This document shows positions 1-13,200 of a DNA stretch of 64,000 bases, one piece after another. The translations under genes and the position numbers were made by a program. How positions within the stretch are numbered: position 1 is the stretch's first letter; each line of letters opens with the position of its first letter. The stretch is taken from positions 13,085,129-13,149,128 of the forward strand of contig CM082576.2 of the NCBI GenBank assembly GCA_040954595.2, given 5' to 3'. Below the pieces are notes generated by a model. The model was not told the DNA's origin. It made no database searches and worked only from the letters and a program-made list of their open reading frames with translations. Origin of the DNA: Balanoglossus misakiensis (Eukaryota; Animalia; Hemichordata).

Positions 1-1216
1 CTCAAAATACCATCGACTTTACACTCCAGAATTCCATCTGTTGGTTTACCAAACTATCAGTATCAGGTTGAATATGTACATGTCGTGTGACTGACCCCAT
101 CGATTTTGAGATGTTCAGAATGCAGACTTCGTCACTGACCTGTTGTGTGGGCTGCTCGTTGATAAGAATTATTGAAAAGCAATACTATCCAGGCTTCTGT
201 GTGATTAAAATCTTTTAAAGTATGCAATTAATCAGCCTTGCTTAATGTGATTGCTGCAAAGGTCCCTTTGCTCAAGAAAAAAGCATTGTGTCTCAATGCA
301 TATATTTAATGTGCATCGCAGGATTTTTGTCAGGTATGTGTTAGAGGTCATGACGTGGTAAATTTCGGTTATTGATAGGAAGCATTCAAGCTAAGGACCA
401 AGCAGTTTACTTTCTGATTACGCAGATCGAACAAAAGTGTTTCTGTGCATACGGTTTACATTGCACAGAAGCACAGACCTACTGTAGCTCCACTTTCCTC
501 CCTTATTTCAAAGGTCTCTTCCAGAACATTCACAGAAGCTGTCAAAATACTCCGAGTTTCATTGGTGCCTTTGTCGTGCATTTAAAGTGAGAACGGAAAT
601 GAGAAGCAACAACATTTTGAATTTGATATCTGAACACTGTTGGGTTGTCAAACAGTAAGTGTCAGGAATGATACATTACATGGCAGGTGCCTCTACATTC
701 ATTGTATGTGTGTATAATTAAAATATTGGATATCGATGCATTTGATATTATTTACATACACCTGTGCAAACTGCATTTAAATTGTCAATATCATGCTTCT
801 AATAATGCTCAGCCCACACAGTGTCGGAATATGTATTGTGTGACCTATTTACTGCTTTGAAGTGGGTCATTTTGCCATTAAATTCACCGTGTGTGATTGA
901 AGACATATTCAAGTCTCTGAAAGGCCAAGTGTCTTTATCATATGAATCTCAAATCAAAAAGGTTTCTGACATGATGACATTTCCATTGAAAATGCATCCA
1001 GAGTGTGAATTTGTTAGTACATGATACATTGTAACCTTAGTCATCTTGACCTTAAAAAAAATCCTGACAATAACTGAAAGTAGGTTGCAACCCCTCCCTT
1101 CATTTTTACCTGGGATGTGGCGTAAAAACTGAAAGTGTATCACGTAAATGTGTATGCTTGCAGCGGTTACAACAATAGGTGTATGTATAATAATACATTC
1201 TACATGATCTTTACAG

Positions 1217-4200
1217 GTGATTCCAGCAGCATGCGTCTGGTCTCCACTCTGAAGACGGCCACATTGACCGATGCTGAGATACAACAGCTCACGGACATCT
1301 TGCTGAATAAGCAAGGCGGGGGTGCAAGCCCTGCAGGAGAGTGGACCAAGGTAATCAATGTGTACACCACCTTGATCAGTGCCAAGAGAGCATCGTCCCA
1401 CTTTGGAGTCCGTGCCACCTCTTGTATGTGAATTGCCACTTGCGATACAAAGCTCAGTGATAAAAACAACAGCAAGACAGCAGGTCTCATTGTGTTCACT
1501 AGTTATTAGTATCACTGTTACAATGCAGTGAAATCTACCATTTCCAGAAAAATGTCTACACAAATTTTTTTTCCCCAGTTCCTGGTTATTTTACTGTTAA
1601 AAGAATCAGTTGAACCCAAGGAAACACAACTGAACACCATATAACAGTAGTGCATGTCTGTTATTTTTCATTTCAGTTGCAGAGAATAATTAATGTAGAA
1701 TCTTTGTTCCATCATGAAAATGTCCAACCATCCAATTCTTGATTTTTATAAATCATGATGTCCATTTTGTCGACAGGCATCTCAGAAGGCAGATCCTGTG
1801 GCAGCAATGAAGAAACAGTTGCAAGAAAAGGAGCAGGCCTTACAAGATGGTGTGTAATTTATAGAGTTTTAGTATCACTTTTATTCTGGGTTCTCCGTTT
1901 AAAGGGTGACTGTTCACCAACTGGATTAGCTGACTACCATGCTGAGCATTGTGCCTCAGATGATTGACTCTGTGAATAGTTGATACCATTACAGCCGCCC
2001 TTCCAGTTGAGTTTACACATCCACAGCAAAGTGAGAACTATTTCCTTGACCTTGGGGGTTTAAATAAATCAAATGAAAGGATATCTGTCAGACAGGCTCA
2101 TTACATGTCTGTGTTATTGAATCTGTGTGATGGAAAATAGCATCTACTCAGTTAAGTGTCTGAAAAATATCTAGGTCAGAAGGACCCATTTATTGGTATA
2201 TAAAGCTTGATGGGAATATGTTCATGTGAAAAGAGTTGGTAATGGCTTTGTGGGAAGTGCACTGATGGTTCGCATGGTCACAAAATGTTTTTAAGTCCTG
2301 TAATTCGAAACCACTTGAATCCCGGAAAAATGAAATCTACTCCTTAAAAGTGCCGGAAAATTGAATTAGGGCCTGAGGCTATCAGATATGTTGAGAACTT
2401 CGGGAGAGCAAAAAAAAAAAACGTTAAAAAAAATTCACGTAAAATGCTTTTTGGAGATAACGATGCAGTTGGTGAAATACGAGAACACAGAAATTAATCA
2501 TCGCATAACAGTTGCCTCTTTTGATATCACGAAAAATATCCTGTCGCGAAAATTTCCCGGTTTATAGAGTGCAGTGGACTGACTGACTCCCATTTGCATG
2601 TGTAAAAAAATCAAAATCAATCAATTCTCTTCCATAGAAATGCAACGAGCTCAGAGTTCTTCTTCCAAGGTCAAGGAGTTGAGGCAAGAACTTCTGATGG
2701 AGAAGTCCAGGTCCACCCAAAATGAAACCAAGTACAGGGAGAAGGTTAATTCCCAAGCCAGGGACATCCAAGCAATGCAAGCAAGGATGCAGCAGGTAGG
2801 ATAGACATGCAGTGGCGCATGTGAGCTCGTGATGACGTTTAAAATGTGTCCTCTATATTGTTCTGTGGACATGACGCTAATTTGATTGACAGACATATGA
2901 GGTTCAAATGTTCTGCTCTACTTGCCACTGGTAACACCACTTGAGGGCATTTACAGAATCGGTACTTACTATACGCAGTGCATTTCTGTATCACACATTC
3001 TCGGGGCAAGACTATTCCTGGAAGTATTGGCTTCATTCTATCCCTTTTGTATTTATAAGAAGACTACTATAATTGTAGAGAGAGGATGGTTCATAATTTT
3101 TTGATAATCTTCCAGACTCATGAATTGCACATGTCAGAGACCCAAGCCATGCAGAACAAAATCAAACAAATGCAGAGCAACGTGGATCAAACCCAGCTGG
3201 AAAATATTCGGCAGATGACGGAAGAGAACAACAGGCTCAGATCAGAGGTGGCCCAGGCTGCATCTCAGTAAGTTTTCTTCTCTGCCTTTCTAATCTCAAT
3301 CCTCTGTGGAAAACCCAAGGTAGATTGGTGATAGCAACTGGAAAAGCAGTTTTCTGTCCTTAACCAGTATTGTTTGAGACTTGCATCTAAAATGAATTCA
3401 TGACACACAAGGTGGTATTACAATGAATAATTTTCATCAGTAAATGACCATGCAACAAAGAGTCCAGTGCAAATCTTGACTACCGATTTATGCGTTATTT
3501 TTCAAAGTAAATGATACACCATGCAAAGTACCAAGTGTGAATCTAGATTTTCAGTACATTTGGATTTTTTGTCTGTCCATGAATTTGGCCTGACCTTGCT
3601 TCTTGTGTGTCCCTGTATCAGGAGAGATGCAGCAGTGAGCGCAGAAGTTGCCAAATGCAACCACGAACTCCAGAAGGTGAAGGAGACTCTGGCATCCACC
3701 GAAACCCAACTCCAGAAAGCCGAGGAGCGCCGTAGAGAAGATGAGGCAAAGATAAACAGTTACGAGCAAAAAATCGCACAACTGGAAAATAATCAGGTGA
3801 GTTAAGACATCAACGTGGTGTGTGGAGTTCTTGTCTTGCAACCAAGTGTACTGTTTGTTAATTTGTGACCATTTCCTGAAGAACCCACCTTACAGTTGCA
3901 TTGTACCTCTCCTGTTGGTTCTTTACGAGCGGAATTTTTGAGCAAATCTGACAAAGGAGTTTTCACCTCTCCTCCTTTGTAGAAAGAGAATGAAGGCCTG
4001 TTATCCAAGAGACTTGGTGAAGTCAGTGAAGAGCTACGCAAAGCCGAAGCTAGGAACTCTAACCTAGTGAAAGACGCCAACAATCTGGAATCTTCTTTGC
4101 AAGCCGCTAATGCCCAGGTGCAATCCACAGAAGACAAACTAAAGGTAAGAAGTGATTTGAAAATATTCATACAATTATTGTATTCTGCAGACTACTTTAT

Positions 4201-7200
4201 TTCATGTTGAACTACGGTAATTTTGATCAGTTTTGGCAAGAAATATTTTTGACAATGCTGAAAAACATTCCTGTTCATTATGATTTACTGACAACATCTT
4301 GGTTTGCAGTCAAAAAAATTATGTTCTTGTTGCAAATAAAGTAGTCTGCTTTACATTGACTGATGTCAACCACTTTGTGTTGACATGACAACATTGGTAG
4401 AAACACTCATTAAAGAGAATAACATACACATTGCCTGATGTATGTATGCATATGCTCCTGTCTGGTGTAACTGAAAACCTGTAGCGATTCACAAATGTTT
4501 CTTGTCAGAAATCGTAATTTACTTTGGTTGTGTAAACAGGAAAGAGAATCGGCTAATGTCGCACTAGAGTCGCGTATCAAAGAAATTGAAGGCCAACTTG
4601 CGGAAGGAGAAAATGTTAAGGCAGCCAAAGATGCTGAAATCCAGGTTTGTCTTTTGACAAAAACACCTAGATGTGCTCGGAGATGTCAACTTAGAAATAG
4701 GCTGTAGTACTAACCCACCTTTAGTGTTTTGTGATTTTGTGAATGTGCTTATTTACTAACTACACTTTTGTTTTGCTTTCCTGCAAGTAATGTACCTTTA
4801 CGTTGTGTTGCTTATATTGCTTTGAGTTGTACTAACCAACGTGCAATTCTGAACTGGTACATTGTTGTGGCAGAACTTGCAACTTTGTATTACTTTATGT
4901 TCTTTAAAGAACATGCAGTAGACATAGATTTGGAGTGTGGTGTGTAAAATCTCGCATCAAGTGATGTAGTGCTAGCTCTGTGTTCTGGAACATAAACCAT
5001 TTTACATAATGTTTGCATGCATATCTACAGAAATGTGAGATATTGACATGTTTTGGTATACAATATTTTCACATCTATGGGAAATGGAAATTCATGTCAG
5101 GGTGTGTGGATTGCTTTTGAGATTTGTTGCCATGGTAATGCGCTCAGTGTGATAGTATCCAGCAACAATATCTATAAGTATGTACTGACAGATAATGGTT
5201 TACGATCATCACAGAAACTTGACCTTGTCCATTCAGCCTTGTTTTGTGTTCTTTACCATCAGGATTTGAAGAGACAAAATGAAGATCTGTCGTCACAATT
5301 GAAGACAGCGGGAAAGAGAGTGGAGGCCGAGGGCCAGGAATCAATGGCTCAAGCTGATGGCGCCCCCAACGGTGACATAATTGAATCTGCCAGTGATAAG
5401 AACACTATTTCACTGTCAGAGCATGAAAACATGTAAGTGACCAACACGGTGTAGCTTGTGAGTTTTCCAAATGTGCAGACCAGTTTGTTTGATTTGGGCT
5501 TTCAAAGGGGAAAGTTGTAATGAGTGTGTGTGGAAATAAACATGTTGTCTTGGATACCATCAATGTCTTGATAATCTCAGTATTCTGGGTAAGATTACCA
5601 TATGAAGTCACTTGCGTGAAAGTGTAGTGCAATTGACGAGACTGTTGTTTGAAAATCTAAGAAAGTGTTTATTGAATTCCACTTTTTCTAGACCATCCCT
5701 TGTCCAGATATTCTCTCCACTGATCAGGTGTGAAAATGAAACATCCTCATCACTGAATATTTGTCTTCCAGATTAAGTGAAAAACTCAAAACCATTGAAC
5801 AGTTACAAGAAGAGATTGATACAAGGAAGGGAGAAATTAATCAACTCACTGAAAATTTAGAACAGCAGAAAAAAAAGAATAACGTAAGTAAATCAACAAC
5901 TGTACCCCCCCCCCCACTAGACACATTCAGTCGTAGACATTTGTGATACGACACCTTGCACATTATCGCACCCAAGCAAGAACAGGTGACAGATTTTGCG
6001 ATTGTGTAATACTTGATGCAACTATTTCCCTAGGGCAATAGACCCATTTTCTAGTCACATGACTCATTCTGACCAACCGTGGCTCACAGCATGGGGTAGG
6101 GAGTGTGTAGTAATAGATGCTGTCTATGCGAGTGTCGGTCAGAAAATCAGGCCAGTACTGAAGTTGAAGATGTTGTCTGTTTTGCAGGATTTACGTGAGA
6201 AGAACTGGAAAGCCATGGACGCCGTGTCAGCAGCGGAGAAATCCACCCAGGAAAAGGTCACAAAAGCTGTTAAGAGTACTGAGGTGAGAGAGACACGGTA
6301 GTTTTTCAAGAATTCAAAGTAACTGATGATTTTGTTTATAAGTTGGGTCTCGGATATCACAGGCTGTGTATGTCAAGCACTTCTTGATATTAAACTCACT
6401 CTTCTGTTCTTTGTCACCTCACTTTATTTTTCCTTGTTATGTATTTGTACAAGTTATTTTCATCACATACTGTGTTTGAATTATGTTGTTTTCCATCACT
6501 ATATTTGCTTGATTTGTGTTTTTATTTTTTCCCATTTCATTTCATGTGCTTTGCAAATCATCGCCTGACTTGTTGTTCGTTATAGCATGTGAGTATTCAT
6601 GAAGCGCCAGTGCCAAAGCCGTATGAACAATTTCACTCTGTATTCTCACCAACACTACATGCTACATAGAAAGTTGCCTCGCAAAATACCAACTAACTAC
6701 TGCACTTACTTCATGCTCAGCTTTCACATAATACCTAGTCTAGGCATGTGTGTGTGGCTTTATTGAGAATACTTTGCATGTGCATAATTATATTTTGTAT
6801 CAAAAGTAACTTGTAATGCAGGATTATGTAGACATATGCAACATTGATCTCTGGTCTTGCTGGAACTGTTTTGGTACACGTAATGGTATCTTCACTACTG
6901 TAGCTCTAAAACTAGTTCTCTGACATTATCATTTGACATAGGTTTAAACCTTTCCATAACTTTAAGCAATGTGCCAAGCATAGCTTTTCATTCATCGTTC
7001 ATTCACTCGAACACAACCATCTCCTTGATAGAAGTGACCAATTTCAAAAGATTTTACTAGAATAGTCTAAATTTTAGCTGCTACTTTCCTACCCTTATGG
7101 TTTCTTTTCACAACATGTCAAGTCCATTTATTATACAATGTGCTGAAGACAAAAATTGATGGAAATATTCTTCTTGTTTCAGGACAAGCTTCAGAGTAGT

Positions 7201-10200
7201 ATTGCAGAAGAGCAAGCACTAGCCAAAGGTGCCTTGCAAAGGCTGTTCCCAGAAATAAGTTTAGAGTCTTCCTTGGTAAGTTTTCCAAACTGGGGTATGC
7301 CTTCAATTATGAGATCAACTTATATGGGAATTTTGTGAACCATGCATTCTTTTAAATATTATGACTGCATAATTAATTAACATATTAGAAGCAAGTAAGC
7401 GCAAAAGTTACTCCCATGAAAAAGTCAATTGTTTTGAATTTATTAAGAACTACACTCCTGATATTGGATAATTTATGGAAATGCCACTGAGGTCGCCGTA
7501 CACCACCTCCAAACTTACAGACATGGACTGTGGTTCATTTTCTGTGAATTTTGCAATATTACGTGAAATGTCTATTGAAGTGACTATGCATGGTGTAGGT
7601 TTTTATAAAACCAGATAAAATGAACCAGGGGTTATTTTGAACAGATCAGAAACTCATTGTTTTGTTTTTTGTTTTTTTGCCCACAGGCCCACAATGATTG
7701 GGTAGCAGCTTTCCAAAAAGAAGCCGATCAAATTCTAAGTCAACGATCTTCCAAGACAGAAGTGAGTATTTTCCCAGTGAGCAATATATGAATGATCTTT
7801 TGATTAACGTTGGCCGTAGATGATTATTTTTTGCAAAAGTTCAATGTGCTGTTAACTAGGCATTCCTAATCTCTCCAAGAAGTAGAAATATTGTGATGGT
7901 CACCATTGAACTTGATACCTGACCATGAGAAGAACCTGGAAATAGCCATTCATGTCAGCACTGCGTAGTGTGTGTTTACTGAATTTGAGAGTCCGCCCAT
8001 CCAGTTACCTGGCCTGTTGTACTCACACTACCGGTACTCTATGTATCTTGACAATTACCAGGTAGAAGAGTTGAAAGCCAGGCTTTCGGAGGGTGAAGAG
8101 GAAAGAAACAAACTTTCATCACAATGCCAGCACTATCAATCAGTCCTTGCAGACACAGTAAGTCAACATTCATTGCAATATTCATTGCAATAGTCAAAGT
8201 TGTCTTCACACCTTGTACTCCGTATTAATGCAAGGACATGCCTCTCTCGTGTATCCAGCACAAGGTAGCCATTTGCAATGCTGGGCAGCTCTGTTTCATG
8301 TACATTTTGAATTTTGAATGACTTCTAGATGAACATTTCTACAAAAGTATAGTACTGAACCAGGTTCAGTTCAAGCATCACACAAATGTAGACACAAACT
8401 CCCCATAAATCTAATTTACTTCTTCATCACAGGAATCAATACTAAACAAATTACAAGGCAGTGTTGAATCAGAAGAAAAGAAATGGCAAGACAAAGTAGG
8501 CACTGTGGAGAAAGATCTCAACCAGGTAAGTACATCCCCATTTTACTTTGTATATTCATTTACACAATGTAAAATTTCAATGTTGTTAGAGTATTGTTCA
8601 AATGTAGCATGTTTGTCCGATGTTCATGTCAATATTAAAGTGACAAAGATGCCAAGCTTAGTGATGCTGATGTTGATGCACTGTTTATCTTGCAGGCTAA
8701 TAGTGAAATTAAAAATTTACAGGAGCAGCTACAAGCGGCCAATGATAGCGCAAAATCACTTGAAGAGGTATGTTTCCCTTTACAGTTTCTTTGTACAATG
8801 TATACTGTGTATTTTAACATAGTTCTATGGGTAGATATCACGTTTGGCTTGTATATCTGTTACCTGACTATTTACACACGGTGATGTAGAAAACAGCTGG
8901 TCACTGGCCAACCAGCTGAACTCTGCATTGGACAGTGATAATGTGTATTATACTTTGATAGCTATTTGACGTGCAAGCTAGAGCTATGTCTCCTCAGACT
9001 GACTGTATCATTTTCAGTCTTGCCTGTCACATGAAGTGTTTTTCTATATCACTGCCTTGTTCTTTTTTGTTCATATCTGAATGGTAGAGTATAATTTGTT
9101 TTGCCATATCTTGATGTGAAACTTCAGACATTAGTCTTATCACATCTAATTTTTAGGTTTGTATTATTTTACAAATCAAATGTCATCTTTCCCAATATCC
9201 AATTGGCAAGTATAACCCTTTGAACTCTGCTCAGAAAAAAAAACCTTCTGAATGATGTCAAAGGTTGGCAACGTGGCAGCCAGTGCAGTTAAAACCTGGA
9301 GGATCAGGCAGTTGGACATTAGAAGCTTGATCTTGGATGATTCTGCCACGCAAACATTTGTGTACTTGATACAAGTATATCTAGTAATAACGTTCTATTA
9401 AAGTATAAAACTTGTAAACAGTACACTTAAAGATATACATCCACCCTTAATTTATATATGCCAATATATATGGTAAAAAGGGCACGTCCAAGTCTTCAAA
9501 GTACCATTTGGTGGCATACTTTCCTTTAATGTGTGGCCACCCAACAATAATCTATGATTGGCTAGATCTCAACTCTCTAGGGTAATGTGGCTAAATTTGA
9601 ATAGTTGACTGAGTACCTTTAAGTGGCTTTCCATTCCAACTTCCCTTTGAACATTCCACGTCGTTGCGTCCTGTTTGTCAGTCCATGTTTGTCCATTGAA
9701 ATTGTCAATAAACCCTTCAGCTTGCTGTTGAAATTCGTGTGTTGACATGATAATAATAACACATGGGATAAGTGTACATGTTGATGATGTTGTCTGTCAT
9801 TAATGTTATCTGTCTTCCCTCCACCACTCTTACTTAGCTTCATCAAAAACTTCAGTGCCAAGAAGTTGAGTACAAAAAACTGTCTGCAGACAGGCAGAAA
9901 ACTGCCGACGACTTGCAGGTGGCCAACAAGAGCATTGAAGATCTGCAGTCTGAGAGAGACAAATTGCAGAGTCTGGTAGAGTCGCCCGTAGAGGGCGATC
10001 TTCTCAAAGAGAAAGAGGACTTGGCCAAACAGTTAGCGGATGCAACTAGTCAGGTGGCAGGGTTGCAGTCTCAGCTGGACGCTGCACGGAAGGATAGTGC
10101 TGAAATGGAGACACTAAAATCGGAGAGAGACCAGAAGAATGAAGAAGTATCTAGCGCAAATAAAATTATTGAAGAGCTGAGATCAGAACTTGAAAGTGTG

Positions 10201-13200
10201 AAATCAGAAACTGATAAGGCCATCGCTGAGGGTGTTGAGAGTCTGAAAGCAGACTGTCAGAGGAAGGACGGAGAGCTGAAGGAAACCGCCAAGACGGTGG
10301 AACAGTTGAGGGCCCAGCTGGAGTCTGTGAATCCGGAGGACGTGGAAAGGGCAAAGCAGGATCTGGAACAGCTCCGGTCGGAGTGCCAGAATAAGGTGGC
10401 GGAGTTGGAGGCGGCCAATCAGAGCGTTGAACAGCTGAAAGGAGAGTTGGGAGCATCGAGGGAAGGGCAGAGCAAGGCCGAGGGCGACCTGCAGCAGGTG
10501 AGAGACGACGCGGAGAAAAAGTCGCAAGAGTTGGAGCAGGTCAGGGCCAATCTGGAAAAGACCCAGGGAGAGTTGGACAATGTCAAAAGGGAAAGCGAAA
10601 GCAAAGTAAACGGTGAGGAGTTTGAAAATCTCAGGTCAGACAGGGATAAGGTGGCCGGGGAACTGGAAGAGACGCGGAAGTCAGTGGGGAACCTCCAAGC
10701 GGAACTTGAAGAGGCGAGAAGACAGGCAGGTGAAAAGGTCGAGGTGACTCTACTAGAGCAGGTGAAGTCGGAAAAGGAGGAAGTGAAAAAGGAGGCAGAA
10801 GCAGCCCAGAGAACTGTGGAGGAACTCAAGAGTGAGATGAATGCCCTGAAAACTGAATGTGAAAGTAAAATTGACGCCAGTGAAGCAGAGAAGCTAAGGA
10901 GCGATGTGCAGCAGAAGGATAACGAACTTGAATCTGTCAAGGCCAGTCTAGAGCACATGAAAGACGAACTGGAGAAATTGAAACATCAGCTGGAAGGCCA
11001 GGTGGACATCTCCGAGGTGGAGCACTGGAAAACGGAAAACCAGTCCACGAAGGAGGCGTTGGAAGCCGCCAACAAGGAAAAAGAGGTGCTGGGAACGGAC
11101 CTGGAAGACGCCAGGAAGCAACTGGAAAACAAAGTTGACGCGTCGGAGATGGAGAGGTTGAATGGGGAGCTGCAGAAGAAATCGGAAGAATTGGAATCAG
11201 TGAGGAAAGAGGTGACGGAGATCAAGGAGCAGCTGGAGTCGACCAGGAGAGAGCTGGAAGAGAGACCGGGTGCGGAGGAAGTTGCCAACCTCAGGCAGAA
11301 GGCAGAGGCGTTCGACTCGACCAATAAGTACGTGGAGCTTCTGCGAGAAGAAGTGGAGAAGGTCAAACAGGAGACGTGCAAGAAAGACGAGGAGGTGGAG
11401 GCGGTGAAAAAGGAGAGAGAGACGACTCTGCACGAGCTCTCGTCCGTCAAGGAAGAGCTAGTCGAACTTCAGGCATCACTGGACGCAGCTAAGAACGAAC
11501 TGGACAGCAAAGTTGACTCATCAGTGTTAGAATCTGTGAGTATTTCCCCCCCGCCCGCCTGAATTGGATGGTGTTGATGCATTCGTGGCGATTAAACAAG
11601 AACTACCGCAGCGCTTGCATGTCGTGTGTGGAGTTTTAATAGAAGCATGCTTTCGCGGCGTGCCCTCCTTTCCTGTCTCCTGCTTTGTCATAACGTCATG
11701 CGATATCAGCTCGCTGTAAAGTTGATGGCAACGCTTGTAATGCTGTTTTGTTGCTGCCCTATCATCGCGTGTTGTAGACATACATACATACATACAACCA
11801 TCTTAGATTGTGACTATAGTGGTCACACTATAAAGACACTTATTTTCTGTGATTTGAAAAAAGATAATTTTACTTTTGCTTTTAGAGTTTTCTTCTTTTT
11901 TGACTTCAACTAACGCAAATACTGCTGTCCATAACTCTCATGACAGTTAATTTATTTACATATGTCATGTTGGATCAGTCTTTTTATTTTTAACAGGTTT
12001 ATTCATGTTCACTAATTCATAGTTTTATTTTAGTCAGCCTTCACATTTCAAAGCTATGTTCAGCTGATGCATGATGCATCTCAAGAAACTACATTATTAT
12101 AATTTTCTTATGTACCTGTAATTTTCTGTGAAATATTCACCACATTATAAACGGAAAAACCTATGGGTTTCTGCAATTGCAGTGTTTAAACAGCCAGATT
12201 ATTGTCCTGTTTGCATCATGCCTGGACAGCGTTCATGTTGATGCAGTAACAAAACATACCGGTAGTTCTATCTTCTTGTCTAATTTGAACATAGTCAGAC
12301 TACAGAACAAGAAGCGTATACTCAGAACCAAAAAAACTGAAAATCAACTACTGTGTTCCGTAATCGTGTCATCTCTCATCTCATGAAACAAAGACAGTAC
12401 ATGAACAACTCTTCTCTCCCACTCTTTCAAAAAGTTGTGTCTTTGTTTCGGTATTTAATATTGACAGTACCGGTAGATACATTAAACAATTCAGATAAAA
12501 ACCCATAAATACCAACGTAGAATGATGTGAGATGTCATGTCGTTAAAAATAGCTGCATTGCTGCAGTAGATTTTCTTACATCTAGCTATTAACGTCTTTG
12601 CAAACATAAACTGGTAATGCTAGATTTTTATTTTGCAGGCTTACTATCATATGCTACATGTATTTATTTTTGTATTGTCATAACTTCATTATGTCTCATG
12701 ATAGGAATTCCAAACTTTACTATGAAATATATAGCCAATGCAATGTTGTATATACATAGCAGTAACTTACTTTATAGTGTATGTGTTCTGACAACTGAAT
12801 TGACGTTTTACTGCTGAGACGTTTACAATCACAGACAATTCTCCGATTCCAGTCCCCGTTTGAAATTATTTCTCTGCTGTTGTTTGGTGATGTCAAGGGG
12901 TCTGAAGATGCACCAACAGTCAGAAAATACACCATTGTATACAAACTCGTAGAGACAGACCGTTTGACCTCACCAAAATACAACAGAGGAATAATTTATT
13001 CAAAAATGGAGGATGGAATTGGAAATTGGCTTAGTATCAAAGGGGCAAAATCTGTAACCTCCAACACCTTGTACAGTAGTGTATGGTTCATTCAGTATTG
13101 GTGTAAATTCAATAATACCCAAGTTTTCATGGTTGGCTTAATATTTAAGACGTTCAACCAAATGTGATGTCTCGTGGAGGTAATATTTTATGTGTGGCAG

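Noticed and set aside
2283-2567. Possible DNA transposon fragments in an RRBP1 intron
   Set aside because: Repeat-like wording (cgcgaaaatttcccgg), but no paired inverted repeats or target-site duplication could be shown.
10166-11450. Several 78-179-aa minus-strand ORFs
   Set aside because: Antisense shadows of the E/K-rich RRBP1 exon (Ser/Leu/Phe-rich).
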